Of a DNA stretch of 64,000 nt, positions 46,217-57,482 are shown one piece after another. The stretch spans positions 248,001-312,000 of the forward strand of contig OZ025659.1 of assembly GCA_964019335.1 (NCBI GenBank), read 5' to 3'. The DNA is from Diplonema japonicum (lineage: Eukaryota; Protista; Euglenozoa: Diplonemea). Below the pieces are notes generated by a model, which ran no database searches, was not told where the DNA came from, and was given only the letters and a program-made list of their open reading frames with translations. A program made the translations under genes and the position numbers. The stretch's first letter is position 1. Each line of letters opens with the position of its first letter.

Positions 46217-49200
46217 TTACAACTTGTCGTAGTAGTTCTCGAGGCCAGCAACCTCAGGCTTGAGCCCCTTCCTGATACGGGTCTTGGTCACAAGGTCGGA
46301 GGCAAGGTTACCCGCCTCAAGCGGGTTACCGGGGAAGGACTGCCAGTGGTCGAACACGCACTGGGGGAAGGCCTGTTGAGTGGGTTTTTTTTATTTTTTA
46401 TTTTTTTTTTGACAACATACCTGTCCACCAGTGTTGGACCTGAGGTCAGCGGTGAACCCGAAGGACTCGGCGACAGGGAGGTAGGCACGGACCTGTATTA
46501 TTATTATTATTATTATTATTATTCTTTCTTTTTTTTTTCTTTTCTTTTTTTGTTAAAAAAACACACGTTGTAGATGGGAGTCCCTGGCCTGTTCTCCTCA
46601 CCAAGCATGATACCCCTCCTCTTGTTGAGGACACCGTAGATCCCTCCCATGGCGTGCTCGACGGTCTGGATGTCGACAAGGAAGACGGGCTCCATGAGAC
46701 CGGGCTTGGCGGTGAGGATGCAGGCGTAGTAGTTACGGCGGGCGGTAGGGATGACCTGACCACCACCTCTGTGGATCGCGTCCGCGTGCATCGTCATGTC
46801 CTCGATGTTGATCCTCACCCCACGCATCGTCTCCTCGCAGAGCACACCCTCCTTTGTCGCCCAGTTCCACGCCGCCACGAACGAGTCCTTCACCTCGTTC
46901 ATGTTCTGCACACCCTTCGTCACATCCACCACGATGTTCGGGCCCGCACCGTCCGGACCGAAGCACCAGATCTTCCTCGCCTCCGCGACGTCCCAGTCGA
47001 ACTCGTCCGCGAGCACACGCGCCCTGATCTTCACGTCAGCCTCAGCGTGCACGTTCTTGTCCTTGTCATCGATGTTCTGGCACAGCTCGTCCCCGAGAGG
47101 CGCTCCCCTCGCGAAGATCCTGTTGTGCTTGTTCGGCGACTTCGACAGGCACTGACGGTCGCTCTCATCTGTCACCGTCTCACGGAACGACACCACAGGC
47201 TCAGAGATCTTCAACTTCGCTCCTGCCATGTAGTCCTCCTGAAGATCCTTCAAACAGATCTCCAAGTGGAGCTCTCCTGCTCCTGCGATGATGTGCTCTC
47301 CTGATTCTTCGATCGAGCACTGCACGAGGGGGTCGGACCTGAGAGAGAGAGAGAAAAAAAAAAGATTTTATTTTATTTTATTTTATTTTATTTATTTTTT
47401 TTTTTCTTCTTCTTTTTCTTCTTAACATACTTCGACAGACGCTTCAGACCCTCAACCAACTTGGGGAGGTCAGCAGGGGAAGCGCACTCCACAGCGACAC
47501 GCACAACAGGCGACACACTGTACTTCATGTCACGGAGCGGGTAGCAGTCCGCGCAGGACTCGTCCGTAAGGGTCGCGGTCTTCACGATGAAGTTGTCCAC
47601 ACCTGTGTGTAGAAGTGTTGTTGTTGTTGTTGTTGTTGTTGTTCTTTTTCTTTTTTCTTTTTCTTTTTCTTTTTCTTTTTTCTTTTTCTTTTATTTTCTT
47701 TTTTATACACACCAACAAGACCAACAACGTTACCACAGGGAATGTCCTCAACAGCCTCCTGGTAACGACCCATCATGAGAACGGTACGCTGGATGTTCTT
47801 GATAGACATGTCCTTCTTCGTCCCGTACTCGTAGTTGGGGCCCATGATCCTGGCCTTCTGTCCCTGCCTCACCTTCCCAGAGAAGACACGACCGAAGGCA
47901 ATGAACCTCCCCTTGTCAGAGGCGGGAACCATCTTCGAGACGTACATGACGAGGGGTGCGGCGGGGTCGCAGTTCTTCAATCCCTGGAAGTACTTGTCGT
48001 TGTTGGGGATGAAGGATCCGTCCTCCTGCTCCGTCAGCCCCATGTAGAGCTGGTCCGCCCTGTAGGCCTGGGCCTGCTTCGGGGAGGGAAGCTTGGTGAC
48101 GATCATCTGCAGGAGGGCGTCCGAGGCGGGGAGGAACTTCTGCATGATGCACTTCAGAAGCCTCTTCTGGGTGAGCTCCTTCTCATCTCCCTTCAGCGTA
48201 ATGTTCAGAGCCTTCATCATCTTCTCCATCTTGTCCTTCTTCTCGTTCATCACAGCGTCGAACAAGTTCTTGATCGGCTCCATGCAGAACTGGCAGAAGG
48301 CCCTCTGACCCCCCGCAACAGCCTCAGAGGTCCACTTCTTCCTCTTCCCGTCGAAGTAGGAGTCTCCCCACAACCTCTTCACCATCTTGTCCTCGTCGAT
48401 CCCGAACTTCACCGCGTACATCTTCGCGAACTTGTTCAGGGTGAAGGCCCACGAGTGGAGACCAGACCCGAACCCGACCGTCCCGGCCTCCGGGTACACC
48501 TGCACGTCCCCGAGGTGCTCGTCGTTGTAGGTCGCGATCACCACGTTCACCGTCTGGATCGTCCTGAAGAAGGACTGGTACGCCTCCTCGGGGTCCAGCT
48601 GAAGCTCCAAGAGCGCACGGTCCACCTTGTTCACCATCACCACCGGCTTGATCCTCTCAGAGAGCGCCTGCCTCAGCACAGTCTCCGTCTGCACGCACAC
48701 TCCCTCCACGCAGTCCACCACCACGAGTGCCCCGTCCGTCACTCGCAGAGCCGCCGTCACCTCAGACGAGAAGTCAACGTGCCCCGGGGAGTCGATCAGG
48801 TTGATCAAGAAGTCCCTCTTGTCGTTCCCGGTCAGCTTCATGAGCTGCTCGTCCGACACCAGCCTCTTCTCCACGTTGTAGTACAGAGAGATCGACGTCG
48901 ACTTGATCGTGATGCAACGCTCCTGTTGTTTTTGTTTTGTTTTGTTTTGTTTTGTTTTGTTTTGGTGTTGTTTTTTTTTTTTTTTTTTTTCCTTCCTTCT
49001 TTTCTATTCTATTTTCTTCTTTTCATACCTGCTCGTCCGCACGGGTGTCCGTCAGACGCGCGTCACCGGCCTTCGCCATGGCAATGATACCGGCAGCCGC
49101 AACAAGGGAGTCGGTCAGGGTCGACTTCCCGTGGTCCACGTGCGCAATCACAGACCTTTTTTTTTTCTTTTTTTTTCCCATCCCCTTTTTTTTTCTATGT

Positions 49201-49272
49201 GTCATACATGTTACGGATCTGCGTCGGGTGGTCCATGATGGCACGCACCTCGCCTACTGTGAAGTTCACCAT
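46217..49272 (-). CDS. EEF2: Translation elongation factor 2, copy 2 (same six introns)
   Basis: Exon translations match copy 1; introns differ only in homopolymer/microsatellite lengths as far as seen by eye. Confidence 0.96.
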
Positions 49273-49442
49273 TTTATTAGTTTGATTTAGACTGGTTGGA
49301 ATGCTAACCCCCCCCCCCCCCCCCAGCAGCAAAAAAAAAGAAACAAAAATAAATCCCCCCCATTGACTTACAAAAAAAGATACGTATGTGTAAACAACAG
49401 AATTCTATGGCTTTGATCCTTACAAAAAAATAGAAAAAACCA

Positions 49443-51064
49443 GGGGGGGGAGGAGGGGAGGGGGGAATATATGGGTCGATTTCAAAAAACCCCCCCCAAA
49501 ATGAGGCCAATTGACACTTTCGTTGCATCTTTGGGCATGCCGCCCCCTTTAAAAAAAATTCTCCATATTTCCCGGCCCATATTAGGAAAGAACCCGGGTC
49601 AGAAATCGCTCAAGGGTGCTATTTTGACCTATGAAAAATTCAGTCTTAGGGTAAAAATCGGGTTTTAGTGGTTTTGGTAAAGTCAGAGAGTATGCTTTCA
49701 ATAGCAAGAAATAGCGGAACTCACTGCTAGAAGGTGGCTGAAATGATGTTGGAAGTGGAAACCTTCATTTCCTAGTCTTCTGCGGCTGAGATGTGCTGCT
49801 GCTGAGTGGGCGACCTCGTTTCTTTTTCATACTATTAGGCCTTCTACCGCATTTTGGGGGGTTTTAAGAGGCTCATTCGTAGGTGTACTTGGTGCTTTGG
49901 GCTTGTCATGGGGTGTCGAGTATTTTTGTAATTTGGTTACTATTCTTTCTCGTTTTTCAAGTCCGGGAAGGCTATCAGGAACGTCCTCATACTCATCACA
50001 AGATTCATAGACTGGGGGCCTTTTCTCTGCCCTGTCTGCATCGAGTTCTTTGATGATGTACTTTAGTTCTTTCTAGCTCGTGGACGCACACGTAGCAAGT
50101 ACACCCTCCGGTGTGCTCCTGAGCTCATATGCACCTGTAAAATCCGGAAACTCAAGAATTTTCTTTGTACGGGCCAAAGACATCAGTAACTACATGCACG
50201 GCGCACCGTATCGTATTGGTGATGTTAGCTATTTGTTCCACAGTTTTAATTGTTGTGGAACGAGGCACCCAAAACCAAACACGAGAGAGCACACCAAAGT
50301 GGCTGTCCCTGTTGTTTTTGCCGTGTTTCTCCCCCAGAAACCACAGGGAAAACGTCCGATCGGGATATACATAACGAAGACCAAAAAGAACAAAGTAGCA
50401 AAATTCCTTTGCACGAAAGTGACGCCCACCGTCAGTCCAGAGTATCCACTCCATTTTTTTCTTTATTTTTTTCTGTGCCCATGCTACTGTGGAACAAGAC
50501 TTTTCCAACAGTAAGGCCAGCTGCCCTTATTTCATCATGTGTGATGTGGTCAAGCCTCATGCCTCTGACCAATTGGCGCCGTGTGGCTACTAAATCAACC
50601 AGAAAATGATAGCAGAAGTGCCGCTAGAAGTTCCCCTTTACACACTACGCCACAAACTAGTGCAGCACAGTCGTTGCCACTGAGCTTCTCAAAAACCTCT
50701 GTGGCGAGTGTCCTGATCGCCGTGGTGTTCCCATTTACCCTTTCTCGGTCCGAATACCATTTTTTTTTACCCCTAGCTTCTCAACAGCAAGTTTAAAAGC
50801 ATCCATTTTTGTCACTCCCTCTTTTACTGAATTTGTGCAAAGTGAAAAAACCCATTTTTGCCCCTAGGACTGAATTTTCTGGGTACTAGTAACACTCACT
50901 TTCCCATTTTCTGGGGTGTTTTCTTTCCTAACCTGGGCCGGGAAAGTTGTAGAATTTTTTTTCTTTGGGAAAAAGTACTTAGAGAAATATTGAAAGTGTC
51001 AATTGGCCTCATTTTGGGGGGGGGGTTTTGAAACGATGCCATATATATTTTTTTCCTCCCCCCC
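49443..51064. mobile_element. Defective DNA transposon with ~230-bp imperfect TIRs and G-run termini
   Basis: Perfect core cccccccaaaatgaggccaattgacactttc at ~49491-49521 inverted at ~50992-51022. Further matching TIR blocks (ttcccggccca, ttaggaaaga, aaaattcagtc.tagg); internal transposase fragment. Confidence 0.85.
50040..50630 (-). pseudogene. Frameshifted DDE-type transposase fragment
   Basis: WTDGGRHFR...FLGEKHGKNNRDSHFG in ORF 50152-50508; upstream DHITHD segment in another frame; stops downstream. Confidence 0.65.
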
Positions 51065-51074
51065 TTTTTGGTCG

Positions 51075-51806
51075 TCACGAGGAACTATGGGTACTGCCGA
51101 TTTCGATAAGGCTCGTGGAAGGTGCGTCGATCTTCCGCCGCTTGGACATGAGAAGGGGTTTTTCAATCTGCGGGTTGGGTTTGGTGGGGGAACAGTAGAG
51201 GACCCCTATTACGGAATCTGGCTCGGAGGAGAAAACGACGGATTTTCGAGGCGATGAATTCATCGACAGCACGAAGGACCGCACGCAACCTGGCTGAGAA
51301 TCTAACGAATTCCTGATCTTATCTATCTGTCTCGAAAGAATCTTGGAGAAGGCCACCTGCTCGGCGGGTGTCGCTATACACCTGCGAACATTATTGACAT
51401 CGACATTTTGAAGCACAACTCCATTGGGAAGAGATATGTTTACCTCACTAGACGACCATATTGCAGATAGAACCCCTTCAGCCCACCCGCATGTGGTGCG
51501 GTACTGCAGCGAGCACCCTACTGTGAAAGGGGTTGGGAGTAGTTTGCTCTTCAATATCTGTTCCTTTTTCGTCCCTTTGAACATCCCTACCAAGCACCTT
51601 ACACAGTCTTCCAGTCGCTGGTTTGCTAGGCCTGACGGTCTTCTTCCCCACTCGTAAAGTTCTATCCCAAAATACTCTTCATCGCCAGATTCGTAGCCTG
51701 ATACTTCCAACGCACCTGAAGAGGCGTTGTTCTCTATCAGGTTGACCTGGTCTTCTTCCTCTGCCGTGCACATGAACATCTGCTCTAACTCATCTGCAGA
51801 TAACAT
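51075..51806 (-). CDS. Hypothetical protein with a small Tudor/SH3-like beta segment
   Basis: ORF from MLSADELEQ; FTVGCSLQYRTTCGWAEGVLSAIWSSSEVNISLPNGVVLQNVDVNNVR; basic KRRK near the C-terminus; stop lies ~10 bp from the transposon TIR. Confidence 0.65.
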   Translation of the reverse strand: MLSADELEQMFMCTAEEEDQVNLIENNASSGALEVSGYESGDEEYFGIELYEWGRRPSGLANQRLEDCVRCLVGMFKGTKKEQILKSKLLPTPFTVGCSLQYRTTCGWAEGVLSAIWSSSEVNISLPNGVVLQNVDVNNVRRCIATPAEQVAFSKILSRQIDKIRNSLDSQPGCVRSFVLSMNSSPRKSVVFSSEPDSVIGVLYCSPTKPNPQIEKPLLMSKRRKIDAPSTSLIEIGSTHSSS

Positions 51807-52381
51807 ATTGTTCGCCTTTCTTTCACTTTTTTTTCCTTTTTTTTTTTTCAATTTGGGATAATAGAGAAAATTGTCGGAGAAATAAAAAGAAGGCAAAGGG
51901 AAGAAAACAAGGGGAAAAAAAAAAATTTTTTTCCCGGTTCAACAACACTCCTTCTTTTATAATCATCGCGGGAAAAAAAAGTGGGGGGGGAAGAGAAAAG
52001 AAGAAAAAAAAACAAGAAAATAAGATTACAGTTAATGTAGGAAATGTCGGTCGGGGTGAAAGGAGACAAAAGAAGAGAAAAAAAAATCGATAAAAGTTTC
52101 AGTCTGCAGGGGTGCTCACTGTATGAAAAAAAGAAATAATGTGCACGAACAGCAACAAGGAGAAAGTGGAGAACTAAGTGTTCAGTGCAAAAAAAAGGGG
52201 TCTCTTACCTTTTACCCCAACGAAAGAAAGGCGTACGTGAGTCTCGCTTTTGTTTATATGGTCAATAATTGGTGGAAAAGTAAATACAGTCCCTCCAAAG
52301 CCCTCGGGGTCTGTGTGCCATGCTGGGTTGGCGCAAAGCTGCAGAATTGCAGTGCAGTGTGCAGCCAGACACTTTTTAAAC

Positions 52382-52426
<45 letters not shown>

Positions 52427-52619
52427 TCATAATTGTGCATCATTCACCTCTTTTTAAGAGCCTGCGTAGAGCATAATTAAGAAAGAAAAAAAAATGCGTG
52501 ATTGGGGGAAAAAAAAAAAAAAAAAAAAACGTGGTTAAAAAAAAAAAAAAAAACCATTCTGCTTACAGAATGCAAAAAAAAAGGGGGGGTGGGAAGGTTA
52601 GCGGGCAATTTTATTCTTC

Positions 52620-54068
52620 TTATTTTTTCACGTTGATGGCGTTGTCCGCCTGCTCGGCGATGAGCGTCTCTTGTTTGCTCTTCTTTTCGACTGCCTTCTT
52701 GGCTGTTTCCTTTCTAGGAGGGCGCCATTTAAATCTGCGAATCTCTGATTTCAACGCCTTCTTGACATCCTTCCCACGCAATTTCTGTGTTCTGTGCAGC
52801 CTAACATGATACAAAACCCATGCCACCAAGAAAGTCGGCAACACAACAAATCGTTCGAACTCTGCAGGCTCGTGCACCCAGTCGGGGATCATCCTGCTCA
52901 ATTCTGACTCTTCTCCCGCCTCGTTATCTTCTTTGTTGTTGTTCGCCAATTTCTTCGCCTTTGCTTTTTCCTTCTCCTCAAGCCACACCTTCATGAGCGC
53001 AAAGTAAACTGCAAGCAATCCAAGAAAACCAAATGTAACATCCATATATCTATCGAAAGCTGTCAGGTAAGCAACCTTCGGAAGTTTATCGGCAACGGAG
53101 AATTTGAAGGCGATTAGTGCCAACAGCAATGAGAAGGTTGCGGAGAGCCTCTCGCAGAACTGTACGGGGTGTGACGCGAAGGCGCAGAAGGCAAGGCTTG
53201 CGATGAAGCACATGACGTTCATCATGTTGTCGTAAAACTCCGCCTTTCTCAAGATGGGTATCTCGAGCGTAACACCTTGCTTCCTGCAGGGCGCCTTTGA
53301 TATCTTCTCAGACTGCGTCCACGAGTTGATAGTGGGGCTGAACAGCCTCCATTCAGCAGCAGCAGCACGAAGCGGGAGAATAGCTGCCGGATCCTTCCCC
53401 GACTCGTCCGTGGGAAGCGGGATGACAAATCTCCCATAATCCGCGGTGCGAGGGTCACCGTTCGCCGAGAACCACAACACAACATCAATGGTCTGGTAGT
53501 CGAACGGGAAGTGATACAGGTTAAACTCAACCTCAATGTCCGCCTTCCACTCGTAGGTGGCGTACACCAGACCAATAGGATCGTTGGCGTTGGTTGCATG
53601 AAACACAGACGTTGGTTCCTTCACCTCTAATGTGACTGCAGACGACATGCGTGGGAAAGCGGGCAAGCTCACATCCTCTGCAGCAAGCTCTGCACCGCGT
53701 GGGACCTCTTCCAGGTCTTCCTCGTGCCATTTCATCATGAGATACCCCTCCAGCCGTGCGATTTGGTTGAGTTCGTCTATTTCGGATACTCGCAAGACAA
53801 GAGGTTGCACACCCACAGCATGGGGTAAGGTCTTCAAGCCGCCTAGTGTCCTGATGTCCCTGCTCATGTGTTTCATTGCCTTCGAACCTGTTAAGGTTTC
53901 TGCCGTCTCGGAAAACCTGCCGAAGTACTTCTCTCTCAAGGAAGAGAGTTCTTTGTGGGCATCCGTCTGCCACATCTCCTCAAGCTTCCCTGGGGTGCTG
54001 TCGTGCCGTTTCTGAAGCTTTGTTACACACTGCCGTATGCTCCTGGCGTTTGGGAAAAGCCCGTGCAT
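52620..54068 (-). CDS. Cys-less pentameric ligand-gated ion channel (Pro-loop receptor) subunit
   Basis: SEIDELNQ..GYLMMKW, FNLYHFPFDYQT, EW, pre-M1 LRKAEFY, M2 CERLSATFSLLLALIAF, LPKVAYLTAFDRY, four TM helices. Confidence 0.85.
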   Translation of the reverse strand: MHGLFPNARSIRQCVTKLQKRHDSTPGKLEEMWQTDAHKELSSLREKYFGRFSETAETLTGSKAMKHMSRDIRTLGGLKTLPHAVGVQPLVLRVSEIDELNQIARLEGYLMMKWHEEDLEEVPRGAELAAEDVSLPAFPRMSSAVTLEVKEPTSVFHATNANDPIGLVYATYEWKADIEVEFNLYHFPFDYQTIDVVLWFSANGDPRTADYGRFVIPLPTDESGKDPAAILPLRAAAAEWRLFSPTINSWTQSEKISKAPCRKQGVTLEIPILRKAEFYDNMMNVMCFIASLAFCAFASHPVQFCERLSATFSLLLALIAFKFSVADKLPKVAYLTAFDRYMDVTFGFLGLLAVYFALMKVWLEEKEKAKAKKLANNNKEDNEAGEESELSRMIPDWVHEPAEFERFVVLPTFLVAWVLYHVRLHRTQKLRGKDVKKALKSEIRRFKWRPPRKETAKKAVEKKSKQETLIAEQADNAINVKK

Positions 54069-54320
54069 TTTCTTTTTTTTTTTTGTTTTCCCTTCTTTTT
54101 CTTTTTTTTTTTATACGTTTTATTTTCTTCCCCCTTCCTCTTCCAAAACACCTATGATTGAATTGAAGTGAAAAAAAAAAGAGACCATCAAGAATGTCTA
54201 CATGCAATTTACTTGAACACAACAATAGGGGGGGGGGGGGAGCAAAAGCACCAAATGGCATCGGAGAGTGTCAACTTTAAAAAAAAAAAACATGAGGAAA
54301 TCTGTGACCATGGGACAGTT

Positions 54321-54352
<32 letters not shown>

Positions 54353-54817
54353 TTGAAAATGGGGGAGGGTAAGGGTAATACAAGTAGGTCATGGGGGAGT
54401 ATTTTTTTTCTCGTCTATTTTTTTCTTCTTCTTTCACCCACCACCTGCTACAAAGGCCATAACGTGTTGTCTCCAGAAAAAAAAAAAAAAAAAATCACGA
54501 AAAGAAAACTATGAAATGAAAAGGAATTTGTCTTAACTACGGGGGTAGGGAAAAGGGAACACCCAAACGAATGGGGGCATGTGTACCTAAAGGAGCATTT
54601 CTATGGCTGAACCCAAAAAGAGGAAAAAAAAGGGGGGTAACACTGTAAGCCCTGTTAGTAGCTACCATGCAGTGGTATGTTGTAGACCACATCCAGCGGC
54701 CTCTCCCATTGCTTTCTACCGTCGAGGTGTTTATAATACAAGTCGCCCTGCGGGCTTTCAACCAACCGCCAGCCTGGCGCAAGTGGATCAGCCATGGCTG
54801 TGTGATTTATTTTAATT

Positions 54818-56935
54818 TTATTTTTCTTCTTCATGTAAAGTCATACAATCAGGAGGTTCCGGTCCGTATTTCTGAGCCAAGGTATAGAATAGCTGTTCCT
54901 CGTGTCCTTTATATTCCTGTGTGTGTGTAAGTAACGTTTCTAAGCCACATACATGCAGAGTGGGCACCACGCTTGGCAGCTTCGATGGATTGTAGTGGTT
55001 GTAGAAGTTAACCAACCTCTGCCTGTACCACGGGTCAATCCCATGGCCCAGAGAAGGGGAGGGTGACGCTGAGTGCGGAGGAGATGGAGCTACGACTGGT
55101 TGCTGCGAGAACTGCAGAGCAGGGCTCCCATCTGGTCTCTTGTACGTAGTCCAACCTGTGCCGTGCAGGTCCCATTTGTTCTTGAAGTACACCCACGTCC
55201 GTTCCCCTGGGTTCGGGTTCTCCCCCCTTAACGAAAAGCCCTTGCACTCTGGGTATCTCTTCGCCACCTCTAGCGCCTCCTCCACTGTCATCAGTCTTGG
55301 CGACCCCAAGATGTCCCCGCCTGTGCTGATGTACCCTACGTAGCTAGCCCACTGCCCCAACACGGGCTGGTCGCTGGTCGAGGTGAAGTGTTGATCAGAG
55401 TACGGCACTATGCCCGATGAGTTGGCAGGGCTGTGCGCCCGTGTAGTGGAGTACAGAGTGTTCACATCGATGTTCGGTGGACACGACGGGAGGAAGGCCA
55501 CCTCAGGGTCTATCCTGGCATCGGACTCGCACATAATGGTGAAGTTGGGCCCCGTGGAGGGGTGGTTCTCATGCAGTTTTCTCATCAACGTAGCGATGGA
55601 GGGCGGTGCAGGGACAAGAACATCGTCAGGCTGTTCTTTGAAGATTTGCTGTGCAATGTTCTGCAGAGGTGCAGCGCGTGTGGTAGGAACCCCGAACGCC
55701 TGGAGCTCTGCCTGCAGGTCGGGCAGTGTCTTCTCACCCCACGCAGCGAAGTCGCTAGACACATAGCCGCCGTCGTTGATGACGGGGTCCAGGAGCCCTG
55801 AGAACCTTGCGTTCACCCTTTTCAGGAAGAGCCGCCCTGCCTCGTCCAGAGGTGTCTCGGACTGTCCTCGCATTTGCGCCAGTGAAGTGGTTAGTGCCTT
55901 GCACATGGCCCCCTCAACCATGGCGTCCAGAGACGAGGCCGATAGCACCACCACACCAGACTGGGTTCCGGCAGACGGCGGTGCGAAGTTTGCCAGATCC
56001 GTTTCGGGAAACGTGTGCCTGAAGGGCAGCAGTGGCTGATGGCTGCTGGGGCTTACCGATCCACCGCCAGGCGTGTCCAGTACCCATATGACCCTGCACC
56101 CCTGTGGAATGCTTCTGCACAACCTGCTCAATATGTCTTTACCCGGAATCACACCCACGTCCTTGTGGTCAGCAGGGCACACGCTTACGGTGCCGTTTTC
56201 TTCTCTCCTTAACCGTCCTGCAAAATACAGGATAAGGCCGTCCTGCGGCTGCGCCCCTGTGACGAGCCAGTTGATGGAGTCTTCGATGTTGCGTTTCGTG
56301 GGCATGGTGTCGATGGACCCGTCGTCGGCGATCACGCGCACGTGTCCCTCGAAGCCTTCTGTCTTGAGGGAGTCGGCCAGTGTGCGGACGCAGGACACGG
56401 ACTGTGTGAGGGAGACGTTCTCTTGTCCAACATAGTTGATGCCGATAAGAAGGGCTTTGCCTTGTACACCTCGGAGGACAGGTTCGGGCTCTTCCTCAGG
56501 GGGGGCATCCTGATCGGGAGACATTGGAGGAGGAGGGGGGGATGCTTCGGGGCTGGCCTCAGCCTCTTCAGGAGGCGGGGGCGGGGGTGTCCCTGGAGGG
56601 CCTAAGGTTGTTGTGATAGTCAGGAAGCACCCTTTGCCGCCTTCGTTTAGCTTAACAGGCAGCTCGTGCGTCATCTCTCCATCCCCAGGGGTCACCTCGC
56701 AGGACCCCATAGTTGTGTCGTCCGTAACCTTGTCTTTCTCGATAATCGTCATTGTCAGCATGCTCCCTTCTGCTTGGAACACCACCACTTCGTTCCATTC
56801 TGGGTTCTCCCCGCTCACTACATTCGTCGTCTGCGTCTCTCCACCATACTCAAGCTTCACACAGAAGTCCCCATGGCCCTTGAAGTCCGCTTTTGGCAGC
56901 TTCACTGCCTTAATCACATTTACAGTCACTGACAT
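54818..56935 (-). CDS. C2-domain metacaspase-like protein lacking the catalytic dyad; intron 54917-54952
   Basis: N-terminal C2 domain; KALLIGINY, PTKRNI...WLV.GAQPQD.L..YFAGR (His site is R), VLDTP (Cys site is P); C-terminal YRQRLVNFY..YNPSKL..YKGHEEQLF..L.QKYGPEP module. Confidence 0.8.
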   Translation of the reverse strand: MSVTVNVIKAVKLPKADFKGHGDFCVKLEYGGETQTTNVVSGENPEWNEVVVFQAEGSMLTMTIIEKDKVTDDTTMGSCEVTPGDGEMTHELPVKLNEGGKGCFLTITTTLGPPGTPPPPPPEEAEASPEASPPPPPMSPDQDAPPEEEPEPVLRGVQGKALLIGINYVGQENVSLTQSVSCVRTLADSLKTEGFEGHVRVIADDGSIDTMPTKRNIEDSINWLVTGAQPQDGLILYFAGRLRREENGTVSVCPADHKDVGVIPGKDILSRLCRSIPQGCRVIWVLDTPGGGSVSPSSHQPLLPFRHTFPETDLANFAPPSAGTQSGVVVLSASSLDAMVEGAMCKALTTSLAQMRGQSETPLDEAGRLFLKRVNARFSGLLDPVINDGGYVSSDFAAWGEKTLPDLQAELQAFGVPTTRAAPLQNIAQQIFKEQPDDVLVPAPPSIATLMRKLHENHPSTGPNFTIMCESDARIDPEVAFLPSCPPNIDVNTLYSTTRAHSPANSSGIVPYSDQHFTSTSDQPVLGQWASYVGYISTGGDILGSPRLMTVEEALEVAKRYPECKGFSLRGENPNPGERTWVYFKNKWDLHGTGWTTYKRPDGSPALQFSQQPVVAPSPPHSASPSPSLGHGIDPWYRQRLVNFYNHYNPSKLPSVVPTLHVCGLETLLTHTQEYKGHEEQLFYTLAQKYGPEPPDCMTLHEEEK

Positions 56936-57482
56936 GGCTGTCTAGCTTGCTCGGTTGGTACACAAGTTTATTTCAGGATTCCAGGTGCATTTTCTTTTGT
57001 AGGGCACCCAATACTTCTTGGTGGTGTGATCGCGATTTTACTCAAAAGAAAAGGAAACAGGAGCATCAACGAACAATTAAATCTTCACAAGGGAAAAAAG
57101 GGAAAAGTAGAAGAAGAAAAGAAAGGGGGGGTGAAAAATGCTGGGACAAAGGGTGCAGGACGTACACTTTGCCACATTTGCAAGTCAGAATGGGGTGTGG
57201 GTGGGTGGGACAACGATACCGTTGGCATTCCTCACGAGGCAAAAACGGGTAAAGAGAAACTACTATGGCACAAGAGAGTGATTGTAAAAACTCCACCGAC
57301 CCTGCAAAAAAACGTCGATGGGAGGGGGAAATTGCAGGGAAGAGCTGCAACAAAGGTGTGGAGACGATAACGAGGCAGCTGGAAGGGGAACAAGCACAGA
57401 GACTCGAACAGGCAGGTAAGCCTAAAGTGAAACAAAAAAAACGAAAAAAATAAACACTATTTTTTTGAAGCCTGCCCCCATA

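Noticed and set aside
8464-49087. Long + strand ORFs (e.g. 9426-10916, 33943-35148, 47615-49087)
   Set aside because: Antisense shadows of GC3-rich minus-strand genes; no recognisable protein motifs.
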